A stretch of DNA of 64,000 bases from an uncultured delta proteobacterium (lineage in GTDB: Bacteria > Desulfobacterota > Syntrophia > Syntrophales > Fen-1087): assembly GCA_963709485.1 (NCBI GenBank), contig CAVPWE010000005.1, positions 207,608 through 271,607 on the forward strand. The letters are read 5' to 3'. Within the stretch, counting starts at the first letter, position 1. Each line of letters starts with the position of its first letter. The notes beneath the pieces were generated by a model. That model was not told where the DNA came from and ran no database searches. It saw nothing but the letters and a program-made list of their open reading frames with translations. Below are positions 9,762 to 19,413 of this stretch, one piece after another. Position numbers and translations under genes: made by a program.

Positions 9762-10964
9762 TCAAAAAATAGCCCCCAGAAGCTTTATGATCAACTCTTC
9801 CAGCGGAATCATGGTCAACACCAGCGGCAGACCCGGCAAGATCGCAAAAAAAGCAAGCTGAATGACTGTATCTCTACCGAACGGGAACGGCTTGATGTCG
9901 CGAATCACCTGGAAGCTGTTCCCCAGGTCGGCCAGTGACTGGATGTCGCCGCTGCCGATGAGCGCTTCATCATCGGTTGCGCCTCCGCGCGCCCATTTGA
10001 GATCAAATTCAGTGACATACCTGCTGGCAAGTATGCCGTACTCACGCAAGCCTGTCCTTTTGGCTTGCATCAGGCGGAGTGAAAAAAACAGCAGCGGTCC
10101 CAGCACCAAGAGGAGTAGTAACGCGACGACACCGAAGATTTCAATCTTGAAATTCGTTAGTTTCGCCCCTGCATAAAAGATCGGATTCGCTATCAGTCCC
10201 GCCACCAGCGCGCCGTGCGCCATAACCAACGGCGCAAAGGCGGCACTGCTCCCGCCAAGAAACCCAAGGCCGGCGGCACGGTCGGGATGCGTCGGAATAA
10301 GATTGAGTTCAAGCCGCGAAGTCTGCCAGAGAAAACGAGCCCAGATAAACCCTCGAAAATACCAGCGAATAAAAAGAAATTGAAACAGGGGCCGACTGAC
10401 GAAGATGTACCAGTAGCCTGCCGGCGTGATTTGTGTGCCGCCATCGGTCACGGTGGCAAACCAGGTTCCCGCACCAGGCCCAATCTTTGATATGACGCTC
10501 ATTGTGCTCCAGGTGAAATATCCACCGACGAAGACCATGATGAACAGAATCAGTTCAATGGCCACCGAATTCCGCAGCTTCATTGCCGAAGCAATCACCT
10601 CATTGAACTTCGGTCGCGCCGCTTCGGTAATGATGCCCCGATCAATGAACTGTCCCACGATCGGGCGTATTCGCTGGTTAACCAGCAATTCTGCGGCAAT
10701 AAGCAGCGGCAGCGCCACCAGAAATCGGGACTGCATCTCGATGTCATACAGGAACGGCAGCCCGACACCTCCCCACGCTGTGCCATTCACCAGCGAGAGA
10801 AGCAAAAGCGGCAGCCAGGCGAACATGCTGATGCAGACAATCCTCCTGTTCACGAGCTCGAGAGCCGGGGTTGCGAGCCGAGAACGCACCAGGAACTGAA
10901 AAATCGGCCCTCCCAGAACAAGCGAGAAATCAGGCGTTTCGTGCGAATGATGGAGGTTGTTCAT
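9762..10964 (-). CDS. Multi-pass integral membrane protein of unknown function
   Basis: A 400-aa ORF with several hydrophobic segments. It lies in a visibly lower-GC stretch right after the tRNA. I recognise no family. Confidence 0.7.
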   Translation of the reverse strand: MNNLHHSHETPDFSLVLGGPIFQFLVRSRLATPALELVNRRIVCISMFAWLPLLLLSLVNGTAWGGVGLPFLYDIEMQSRFLVALPLLIAAELLVNQRIRPIVGQFIDRGIITEAARPKFNEVIASAMKLRNSVAIELILFIMVFVGGYFTWSTMSVISKIGPGAGTWFATVTDGGTQITPAGYWYIFVSRPLFQFLFIRWYFRGFIWARFLWQTSRLELNLIPTHPDRAAGLGFLGGSSAAFAPLVMAHGALVAGLIANPIFYAGAKLTNFKIEIFGVVALLLLLVLGPLLFFSLRLMQAKRTGLREYGILASRYVTEFDLKWARGGATDDEALIGSGDIQSLADLGNSFQVIRDIKPFPFGRDTVIQLAFFAILPGLPLVLTMIPLEELIIKLLGAIF

Positions 10965-11060
10965 CGCTTTCTCCTTGTCCGGCCTTTCATTCGGTTTTTC
11001 AGTAAATTCGCTTTCCTTTCTTAATGAGAATAGGTAATGCCCACCGTCTTCACAAAGCGC

Positions 11061-11297
11061 TCATTGCCAATACTTCTCCACGTGAACCTGTCCGGGCTCG
11101 CCCTTCCTGTGCTCTTTGAATCCCTCTTGTCCTAACAACTCGATCATGGATTCAATCATCCGGGGGTTGCCACACAGGAAAACATGGGTATTTTCCGGCC
11201 CCGGACGCAAGCCCTAAGCCTTTTCGAGAGCCCCGCTCCTCCACACGTCCTGGACGAAACCCGTCGCACCCTTCCAGGGAACAGGCTCTTCCTTCGG
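11061..11297 (-). pseudogene. 3' remnant of a ferredoxin-NADP reductase (FNR-family) gene with an in-frame TAG
   Basis: The minus strand reads PKEEPVPWKGATGFVQDVWRSGALEKA*GLRPGPENTHVFLCGNPRMIESMIELLGQEGFKEHRKGEPGQVHVEKYWQ*. That is the FNR C-terminal NAD(P)-binding end only. The internal stop is at 11214-11216, and upstream the frame is closed. Confidence 0.7.
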
Positions 11298-11351
11298 CTA
11301 TCCATCTGATGCGGTGAGCTATCGTCATTTCCATAGTGACGACCGACCTCA

Positions 11352-13796
11352 CTAATCCGACATCGCCTTCTTATGCGCGGCTATTGCGCGGCCCCTGTCC
11401 TCTGCTGCCTTTTCGGCCTTCCCCATTTCCTTCACATCCACCTTGACCTTGAGGATCTTGCCGGTGAACTTGTTGTCGTAGGCCTTGTAGTCCTCCGTGA
11501 CCGGCGTCGCGTCGTCCTCCCCTACGTCCGCCGTCTCGTCGGCGGAGAAGATCATCGGCTGGGTGCGTTCGATCCTGCCCTCGGCGACCTTCTTGTCGTT
11601 CACGAAGAGGGTTCCCAGGCCGCCCTTGCCCAGGCCGCCGCCGTCATAGGCGAATTCGAAGCGAATTGTCGCCTTTCCCGCAGGAACAACCTGGGACGAG
11701 GCAACGGTATCCCGCTTGAGGCCGATGAAGTTGTAGACATAGACGGGCTTTCCCTCTTTCATATAAAGGCTCCACCCGCCGAACCGTCCGCCCTGCGCGA
11801 TGATCACGCCGTTGGCACCGCCCTGCGGGATCTCGAGGTCGGCGGTGATCGTGAGCGAACGGTTCTTGATGTTGAGGAACACGTTCTCCGACATTCCCTT
11901 CATGCCGGCGTGCAGGGTGAGCGACGTGCGGTCACCCATGAGGTCCGGCCGTCCGGCCAGTTTTGCGTTCACCCGTTCGACGACCCGATCGTCGATGGGC
12001 AACGCCCGGTTTTTCACCGCTTCCTTCATGAAGAGGTCCTGCATCTCCTTGAGCTTCGCCGGGTTCTTGGCGGCCAGATCGTTCGCCAGGCTGAAGTCAT
12101 TGCGCGTATCGTAGAGCTCCCACTTGTCGTCGAGGAGCGCGGCGCGGGGTTTCATCTCCCAGGGCGCCCTGTGCACCGTGCCTGCCAGCCAGCCGCTGTC
12201 GTAGATGGCGCGGTTCCCGAACATCTCGAAGTACTGGGTCACATGGCGGTCCTTGGCCTTCGCTTCATTGAAGGAGTACATCATGCTCACGCCCTGGATC
12301 GGTATTTGCGGCGTGCCGTTCACGACCTTCGGCTCGGGCAGGCGCGCGGCTTCGAGCACCGTCGGCGCCACATCGATCACATGATGCCACTGCGAGCGGA
12401 CCTCTCCCTTCTGCCTGACCCCCTTCGGCCAGTGGACAACCATGCCGTTCCGCGTTCCGCCGTAGTTCGAGGCGACCTGCTTGGCCCAGGTGAACGGCGT
12501 GTCGCCCGCCACCGCCCAGCCGGCGGCCATGTGGGGATACGTGGAAGGCCCGCCCCAATCGTCATAGTGTTTGAGCATATCCTGCAGCGTTTCCTGAACG
12601 CCGTTGAAATAGGTCATCTCGCTGAACATGCCGTTCATGCCGCCCTCGGCGCTCGTGCCGTTGTCGCCGAGGATGTAGAAGATGAGCGTATTGTCGAGTT
12701 GATCCGTTTCCTTGATGGCATCGACCAGCCGGCCTATCTCCGTGTCCGTGTGCTCGCCGAACCCCGCATAGACCTCCATCTGGCGGGCGAAGAGCTTCTT
12801 CTCGTCGGCGCTCAGCTTGTTCCAGTCCTTGATCGCTTCGGGCTTGGGCGCCAGCTTCGTGCCTTTCGGCACCACGCCCAGCTTGATCTGGCGGGCGAGC
12901 GTCTCTTCCCGCAGTTTGTCCCAGCCCTGGTCGAACTTGCCTTTGTACTTGGCGATCCATTCCTTCGGAACGTGGTGAGGGGCGTGCGTCGCGCCCGGCG
13001 CAAAATAGATGAAGAAGGGCCTGTCAGGCGTCAGCGCCTTCTGAAACTGCATCCAGCCGATGGCCTTGTCCGTCATGTCGGTCATGAAGTGGTAATTCGG
13101 GTCCCGCGGTACCTCGACCGGGTTCATGCCGTGATAGATGAACGGGGCCCACTGGTTGGTCTCGCCCCCGAAGAAGCCGTAGAACTCATCGAAACCGGAG
13201 CGCGTCGGCCACCGGTCGGTCGGGCCGGAGGGGCTGACCTCCCAGGGCGCGGTCTCGTGGTTCTTGCCGAAGAAGGCGGTGCTGTATCCGTTCAGGCGCA
13301 GCATCTCCGCCAGCGGCGCCACGTTGTTCGGGCGCTGGCCGGTGTTGCCGGGGAATGCGGTGGCCGTCTCCGTGATGCCTCCCATGTTGTTCACATGGTG
13401 GTTTCGTCCTGTCAGAAGCGCCACCCGCGTCGGTGAGCATACCGCCGTCGTGTGGAACTGGTTATAGCGCAGGCCGCCGCCGGCCAGGCGATCGACCGTG
13501 GGCATGTGGATCGGCCCGCCGAAGGCGCTGGGCATGCCGAACCCCATGTCGTCGATCAGCACGATCAGGACGTTGGGCGCGCCGGCCGGCGCCTTGACCT
13601 CGAATCGCGCCGGCGGCGTGGCCTTGCGGGCATCGAGTTCGGTCTCATAGGGATATTCCGGTACCTGGATCGGCAGCACCGTGCGGTCCGGTGCAGCCGG
13701 CGCCTGCTTCGCTTCTGCCGCGAACAGGCCGGTTGCGCTCATCAGCACTGCCGCCAGGATCAGCATGACGGTGACGATCTTCTTGTTCCGTTTCAT
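11352..13796 (-). CDS. Secreted arylsulfatase-family (formylglycine-dependent) sulfatase
   Basis: Contains the CSPTRVALLTGRNHH formylglycine motif and DDMGFG. The signal peptide is MKRNKKIVTVMLILAAVLMSATGLFA. The ATG at 13796 is preceded by AGGAGA; the ORF track extends to 13862. Confidence 0.9.
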   Translation of the reverse strand: MKRNKKIVTVMLILAAVLMSATGLFAAEAKQAPAAPDRTVLPIQVPEYPYETELDARKATPPARFEVKAPAGAPNVLIVLIDDMGFGMPSAFGGPIHMPTVDRLAGGGLRYNQFHTTAVCSPTRVALLTGRNHHVNNMGGITETATAFPGNTGQRPNNVAPLAEMLRLNGYSTAFFGKNHETAPWEVSPSGPTDRWPTRSGFDEFYGFFGGETNQWAPFIYHGMNPVEVPRDPNYHFMTDMTDKAIGWMQFQKALTPDRPFFIYFAPGATHAPHHVPKEWIAKYKGKFDQGWDKLREETLARQIKLGVVPKGTKLAPKPEAIKDWNKLSADEKKLFARQMEVYAGFGEHTDTEIGRLVDAIKETDQLDNTLIFYILGDNGTSAEGGMNGMFSEMTYFNGVQETLQDMLKHYDDWGGPSTYPHMAAGWAVAGDTPFTWAKQVASNYGGTRNGMVVHWPKGVRQKGEVRSQWHHVIDVAPTVLEAARLPEPKVVNGTPQIPIQGVSMMYSFNEAKAKDRHVTQYFEMFGNRAIYDSGWLAGTVHRAPWEMKPRAALLDDKWELYDTRNDFSLANDLAAKNPAKLKEMQDLFMKEAVKNRALPIDDRVVERVNAKLAGRPDLMGDRTSLTLHAGMKGMSENVFLNIKNRSLTITADLEIPQGGANGVIIAQGGRFGGWSLYMKEGKPVYVYNFIGLKRDTVASSQVVPAGKATIRFEFAYDGGGLGKGGLGTLFVNDKKVAEGRIERTQPMIFSADETADVGEDDATPVTEDYKAYDNKFTGKILKVKVDVKEMGKAEKAAEDRGRAIAAHKKAMSD

Positions 13797-13827
13797 ATCG
13801 TTTCTCCTGTTCATAGGGTCTCTGTTC

Positions 13828-16040
13828 CTATTTCGATAATTCCTTGAGAAGCATCTCGGCATCTTTGTACCACGGATACTTTAATACGACGATCGCCTTT
13901 AGAAGTTCTGACCGCCTCGTCCTTATCTCCCTTCTGGTTCAGATAGAATGCAAGCGTATAGGCATACTTGGGTTCCTGCGGCCTGAGGTCTGACGCCTTC
14001 CTGCACCAGGTCACCGCCTCGCCGATCCTGTCCTTCGCGGTGATGATGCAGAGGTTATAGGCGGCCTGTGCCATCTGGGGATCGGCCTTCAGGGCCTTTT
14101 TGAGATGGTTCTCAGCCGGCTTGAGTCTCGTTTTTTTCCGCCTTCAGCAGCCCCATGTTGAAGTTCGCCGCCGCGTTCTCAGGCGCCAGCTTGAGGGCTT
14201 GCCGCAGGGATTGCTCCGCCTTGCCGCTCTCGCCCATCCGGGCATAGGCAATGGATAAGTTCACCATTGCCATGACTGCCCGGGGTTCGAGCTTCAGCGC
14301 CGCCCGGTACGAGGCAACGGCCTTCTTTGTCTCGCCGCGGCCGAGCTGGTAATTGCCCAGGTTGTAGTGGGACGGCCACTGGTCGGGCCGCGCCATGATG
14401 AAGTCAAGATATTCCTCATTCGCCTTTTTGAGCTGCGCCCGATAGGCGTCCGGCACGGTCATTGGCGGGAATGCCGCGATCCCGGCCGCCGCTCGGACCC
14501 TCACCAGCCGATAGTCATCTCCTGTCGCTTCGATCAGGGCCTGCAGACTTTCCGTCGTCGGCATCAATCCCAGCGCCTGGACCGCCGCTCCGCGCACGAG
14601 GGGCGATGGGTCTCTTGGCCGCAGATGAGCAGAACGGCGAGGACCTTTGGATCCTGCACGGCGGAGACAAGCCGGATGAGTGAGGTGGCGGTGACTTCGT
14701 CACGCTTCGGATCGTTGATATAGGCCAGCATTTCCGTGAGGTTCGTCCAGTCCCGCTTGCGGGCTGCTATCGACCAGCGCTGCTCGTTTGAGGACCGGCG
14801 CCTGGTAGTCCCGTGTGCGCCACTCCCGCACGTACTTATCAGCCCATGCAGCGTCTTTGTCGGTATGGCAGATGTTGCAGGCATTCGGCGACTTGTAAGC
14901 CATGGTCGCCGACGGCGCGGGCGGCAGCATCGAATGGTCGCTCCGGTTCATCCGCGCAAAGGCGGTCATCGGCATATGGCAGGAGATGCACTTGCCTGCC
15001 TCGCTTTCCGCGGGATGGTGCGTATGCGCCGACGGGTTCTTCACTTTATCTTCATGGCAGGGCAGGCAGGCATCGTTGAACTTTTCTTTCTTGAACCGGT
15101 AGCGTCCGCTGGAGGTATGGCAGTGGATGCAGTCGAGCTTGCCCGATTTGACGCAGGGGCTCATGAGCCACGAGGTGAGGGTGTAATTTTCTCCGAGGTC
15201 CCGGCCGTCGGGATAAAAATCCGGGTCCTCCAGGGTCGCGAGGTCGAAGTGATCAAAGAACCGTTCCTCGGGTTTATACTCCACGGTCAGGGGGCTTGCC
15301 TTCGCGTGGCAGCTCGAACAGAGATCGTTGCGCTGCTCCTTGGTCATGGTCTTGGTTCGTATGATCCTCAAGTCCGGCAGCGGCTCTCCCTTCGGCGTAG
15401 CCTTTGCGATCCTGTTGTGCTCGACTGATGAGCCGTGGCAGGTCTCGCAGTTGATGCCGGGCTCGGCCCAGGTGGTACGATAGGTGTCGGTTTTGGGATC
15501 GTAGTTGGTCGAAAGCTGGCTTACATGGCAGCCGTAGCAGGCGGTGTTGAAGGTGTACGGGGAGTCTTTCCAATCGACCGGCTGATCCGGCTGTTCACCC
15601 GGGATATGGCGCACGCCGCTGGCTGCCGTATCGAGCCATTCTTTCTTGTTCACGTCATAGGCCAAGGGCAGGGTCTGGAGCCGGCCTTTCTTCAGAAGCG
15701 TCAGGAAATAATAGACGTTCTTTCCGCCGAGTACGTGTTCTATTTTGTATCTTTTTGTGCCTTTCGGCCCTTTTTCCACGACCACGCCGGACTTCAGATC
15801 CGCGCGGTATCTATTCTTCTTGATGACGATCTCTTTTTCTTGCGGCATCAGCTGCTTTTGCGCAAACTCATCGCTGTAGGGCTGCATGGCAAGACCGTGC
15901 CGGGATGTGGACCAGAGCTGATAGAACTTCTCATGGCACTCCCGGCAGCTGGCAGAACCGGCGTAGGAGGGGGCTTTGCCCGCATCGGCAGGTATTGCTA
16001 TGAACAGGTATAGAACAAACAGGCTTGCGGCTATTTTCAT
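13828..16040 (-). pseudogene. Octaheme c-type cytochrome fused to HEAT/TPR repeats, split into five frame fragments
   Basis: The 14700-16040 fragment has a signal peptide and eight CxxCH motifs. The sequence continues across indels near 14768, near 14613, in the T7 run at 14131-14137 and near 13906. These lead into DPSPLVRGAAVQALG (HEAT) and TPR repeats, ending LLKAIVVLKYPWYKDAEMLLKELSK*. Confidence 0.75.
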
Positions 16041-16290
16041 ATTGATCCTTATCTGATCACCTCTGTCGCTGCCCTCAAGTCGTTTTTGAAGGATTTTTGA
16101 TAACTGTGTTTAAATATATACATCTTAATGATTGTCATTTTCCATATGAAATCGGCACGTCAGAAAACATGAATTGAATTAGGAAACACCTTCTGATAAA
16201 CTTTGAAAAGATACCGGATTATTGAGTTGGTGCACATACAATCTTTCGTGTGCGAAAACGCGATCGGGCTGCATAACGGAGGAAGTGCTT

Positions 16291-17361
16291 ATGGATAGAG
16301 TCTTGATCATGATTGTCATGCTGAGCATTCTCACGCTGACAGGGTGCACCAACCTCGGAGGCCCGGTCATCGAGCGCGGTCGCTTCGACTATAGCGTGGC
16401 GATTGCAGAGTCCTGGAAGAGCCAGATGCTCCTCAATATCGTGAAAATCCGCTATAGCGACACGCCGGTCTTCATGGATGTGACCTCCGTGATCAATCTG
16501 GTCGGTGTCCAGAATACCATCAATATGGGGGCAGGATGGTCCTTCCCTCCGAGCGCGAACATGCAGAGCATCGGGGGATCCACCACCTGGGGTGAGAAGC
16601 CGACAATCACCTACGCGCCGCTCAGCGGAGAGAAGTTCACCAGGAGTCTCTTGACACCGATTCCGCCACCCGCTCTTCTGAATATGACCCAGGCGGGTTG
16701 GCCCATCAGACCGTTGTTCAACCTGTGCGTCAAGTCTATCAACAATTGGGACAACCGATCCTCGGCACCGGCCTTTGCCCGCAGCGAGGACCCCAAATTC
16801 CGGCAGCTGATCAACCTGATGGAGAAGAATCAGAAGTTGGGGGCCCTGGGGACGCGGATTGAAAAGAAGGAAAAGCAGGAGGCGACCGTCGTGCTCTTCT
16901 TTCGCCGGAAAGCCGACAAACAGATCGAACTTGAATTGTCAGAGTTCAGACGATTGCTGGGCATGAAACCCGATGCGACTGAAATCAATGTCATCTACGG
17001 AGCGGTACCAACCAAGGAAGGCGAGATTGCCATACTGACCCGCTCGATCATGGACATTATCATCGAGTTGTCCGCCCAGATCGATGTGCCGGCCGAGCAA
17101 GCATCGGAAGGCCGTACCTATGCCACATCTCCCGAGATCGGTGACGGAAGCGGCCAGGTGCCGCCTCTCATCCGGATCCGTTGCAGCAAGGAAAAGCCTT
17201 CTGACAGCTTTGCCGCCGTAAACAATCGCAACCACTGGTTCTGGATAGATGACAGGGACCGGCAATCGAAGGGGATCTTTTCATTCCTGATGGTCCTGTT
17301 CAGTCTTGTTGAGACCGGAACGCCACCACAGGCACCCACGATTACAGTACCCATCAGTTAA
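16291..17361 (+). CDS. Lipoprotein of unknown function
   Basis: The lipobox is in MDRVLIMIVMLSILTLTGC. The protein is 356 aa with the conserved-looking C-terminal motif HWFWIDDRDRQSKGIFSFLMVLFSL. It sits in a lower-GC region. Confidence 0.7.
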   Translation: MDRVLIMIVMLSILTLTGCTNLGGPVIERGRFDYSVAIAESWKSQMLLNIVKIRYSDTPVFMDVTSVINLVGVQNTINMGAGWSFPPSANMQSIGGSTTWGEKPTITYAPLSGEKFTRSLLTPIPPPALLNMTQAGWPIRPLFNLCVKSINNWDNRSSAPAFARSEDPKFRQLINLMEKNQKLGALGTRIEKKEKQEATVVLFFRRKADKQIELELSEFRRLLGMKPDATEINVIYGAVPTKEGEIAILTRSIMDIIIELSAQIDVPAEQASEGRTYATSPEIGDGSGQVPPLIRIRCSKEKPSDSFAAVNNRNHWFWIDDRDRQSKGIFSFLMVLFSLVETGTPPQAPTITVPIS

Positions 17362-17390
17362 TTCACCCCGGCAGAGGAAGGAGGAAACCA

Positions 17391-17969
17391 ATGAAGACAA
17401 TTGCTCCAAAGAGTGGATCAATCATTTCCGTAATCGTTTTGATTGTGGTGTTCTGCTGCTGTCAAACAGTCATTGCAGGAAATCCTCCACAGGCGAACTC
17501 TGACAAGAGTATCGCTACTGGGCAACGGGTGGAGGACGAGGCTTTCATGTCCAAGTTGACTGGCAAGCCGCGTGCCGAGAAATTGACGGCAATCCGACAG
17601 CACACCATAAGTCAGTACGATAAAAACAAAACCTTACGGGAAAAGAATTATGAGCAGTCACTGAGCAAGTATAAAGCGAACTTACAGACAGGGAGCATGA
17701 TGAGACGTGGCATAATCGAAAGCCGTCTTGCGGCCTTGGATCGGAACTTTTACGGGCTTCAAGAATTTATCGCTGCCAAGCATCAGGAGAGCCTTGCCTT
17801 CATCGACAAGTTACAGGCCGACCCGGCCCTTGACGGTGCGGCACTTGACCAAGAGTTACGCAAGTTTTTCAAATCCCAGAAGGAGGCTGTTCAGAAGCGC
17901 TCGGAGGAATACCTCCAGAAACAAAGAGAGATCCATATGCAGGCTCGTAAGGAAGCGGGAGGATTTTGA
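17391..17969 (+). CDS. Secreted or membrane-anchored helical protein of unknown function
   Basis: 192 aa with an N-terminal hydrophobic signal/anchor. The rest is K/E/Q-rich and looks helical. GGAGGA lies upstream of the ATG. Confidence 0.6.
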   Translation: MKTIAPKSGSIISVIVLIVVFCCCQTVIAGNPPQANSDKSIATGQRVEDEAFMSKLTGKPRAEKLTAIRQHTISQYDKNKTLREKNYEQSLSKYKANLQTGSMMRRGIIESRLAALDRNFYGLQEFIAAKHQESLAFIDKLQADPALDGAALDQELRKFFKSQKEAVQKRSEEYLQKQREIHMQARKEAGGF

Positions 17970-18031
17970 GACAGTTCAATTTAGTTTTCCTTGATCACAA
18001 CTGTGCCTTACCAAAAGGAAGTTTTGTTTTG

Positions 18032-19246
18032 TCAGATCGGCTCTCGCGGCTCCCTCACAAACACCAGCAATCCGATTGCAGATAAGCCGGACAATGCTGC
18101 GCCGAAGTAGAAGGGGGCAGCGGGACTGATGGATTGCCAGAGCCAGCCGGCGATGAGGCTGGCGGGCAGAAGGGTAATGCCGACAATGCCGTTATACATG
18201 CCAAAAGCAGTGCCACGGCGATCTTCGGGAACCAGGTCGCAGACCAGCGCCCGGTATACGCCCTGCGTGAACCCGTAATAAAGCCCGTAGAAGGCATACA
18301 GCAACCAGATCATCCAGGCCTGTTTCGCGGCGGCGAGCCCGAGGTAGACCAGTGCATAGATGATCCAACCGGCAATGATGACATTCTTCCGGCCCAGCCT
18401 GTCGGACAAAATACCTGCCGGCATGGAAAAAAGGGCATAGACGATATTGAACATGATCAGCATGATGCTGATGAACAGCACGCTGTTGCCCAGGCTCTGC
18501 GCCCTGAGGACGATAAAGGCGTCGCTGGAATTGCCCAGTGTGAACAAGAACATGATGACCATAAAGATTCTGAATCGTTTATCGAGGGCTTTATCCTTTG
18601 CACTTGACTTTTCCGGTGCGTCACAGGCATCCACGCATTTCTTGGGCGGCTCCTGGATGAAGATGAAGAAGAAGAGAGATATGAAGGCGGGGACGATGCC
18701 GATGATTATCATCCAGCGATAGGTATCGATCTTCAGGTTGACCACGTCCCGCTGCAGCAGGAAGACGATCCCCGCAGCCAGCAGCAGACCCAGCGCAGCG
18801 CCGGATGTATCCATCGCCTTGTGATAACCATAGGCCTTACCGCGGTTATTTTCATCCACCGAATCACCGACCAAAGCATCACGGGGAGCTGCACGTATAC
18901 CCTTGCCGATGCGGTCGGCAAACCGGATGGCCATGATGGGGGCCCAGGCGTTGGCGACAAGCATCAAGGGCTTGGACAAAGTGGAAAGGGCATAACCGAT
19001 GAGGGAAAGGTATTTCCTGTTACCCAGCTTGTCGCTCAGCCAGCCGCTGAAAAGCTTGAGCAGGGAAGCGGTGCTCTCGGCCACACCCTCGATCAGGCCA
19101 ATGACGACCGTGGCGGTGCCCAGCACATTCGCCAGAAAAAGAGGCATGAGCGTGAAGATCAGCTCGCTGGAAACGTCGGTGAGGAAACTTATGACGCCGA
19201 TATAAATAACGTTCGGGGAGAGGTCAAACCACTTTTTTCTTTTCAT
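18032..19246 (-). CDS. MFS transporter
   Basis: 404 aa with about 12 hydrophobic segments. Contains the MFS loop motif GWLSDKLGNRK and a second SDRLGRK motif. Confidence 0.85.
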   Translation of the reverse strand: MKRKKWFDLSPNVIYIGVISFLTDVSSELIFTLMPLFLANVLGTATVVIGLIEGVAESTASLLKLFSGWLSDKLGNRKYLSLIGYALSTLSKPLMLVANAWAPIMAIRFADRIGKGIRAAPRDALVGDSVDENNRGKAYGYHKAMDTSGAALGLLLAAGIVFLLQRDVVNLKIDTYRWMIIIGIVPAFISLFFFIFIQEPPKKCVDACDAPEKSSAKDKALDKRFRIFMVIMFLFTLGNSSDAFIVLRAQSLGNSVLFISIMLIMFNIVYALFSMPAGILSDRLGRKNVIIAGWIIYALVYLGLAAAKQAWMIWLLYAFYGLYYGFTQGVYRALVCDLVPEDRRGTAFGMYNGIVGITLLPASLIAGWLWQSISPAAPFYFGAALSGLSAIGLLVFVREPREPI

Positions 19247-19413
19247 TCAGAATCATTTTTTCCCTGCGCTCGTCATTGCGAGCACCGTGAAGCTTAAGCA
19301 TGCCCGACAATCTGGGACGGTGGCTTTTGCCAGGGAAGATTTCGGAATTCCTGAAGCGATTGGGCTGCGGCCCCAGTGCATTGTCCCCGGTGTATCCACC
19401 CGTCAAGCCAAGT

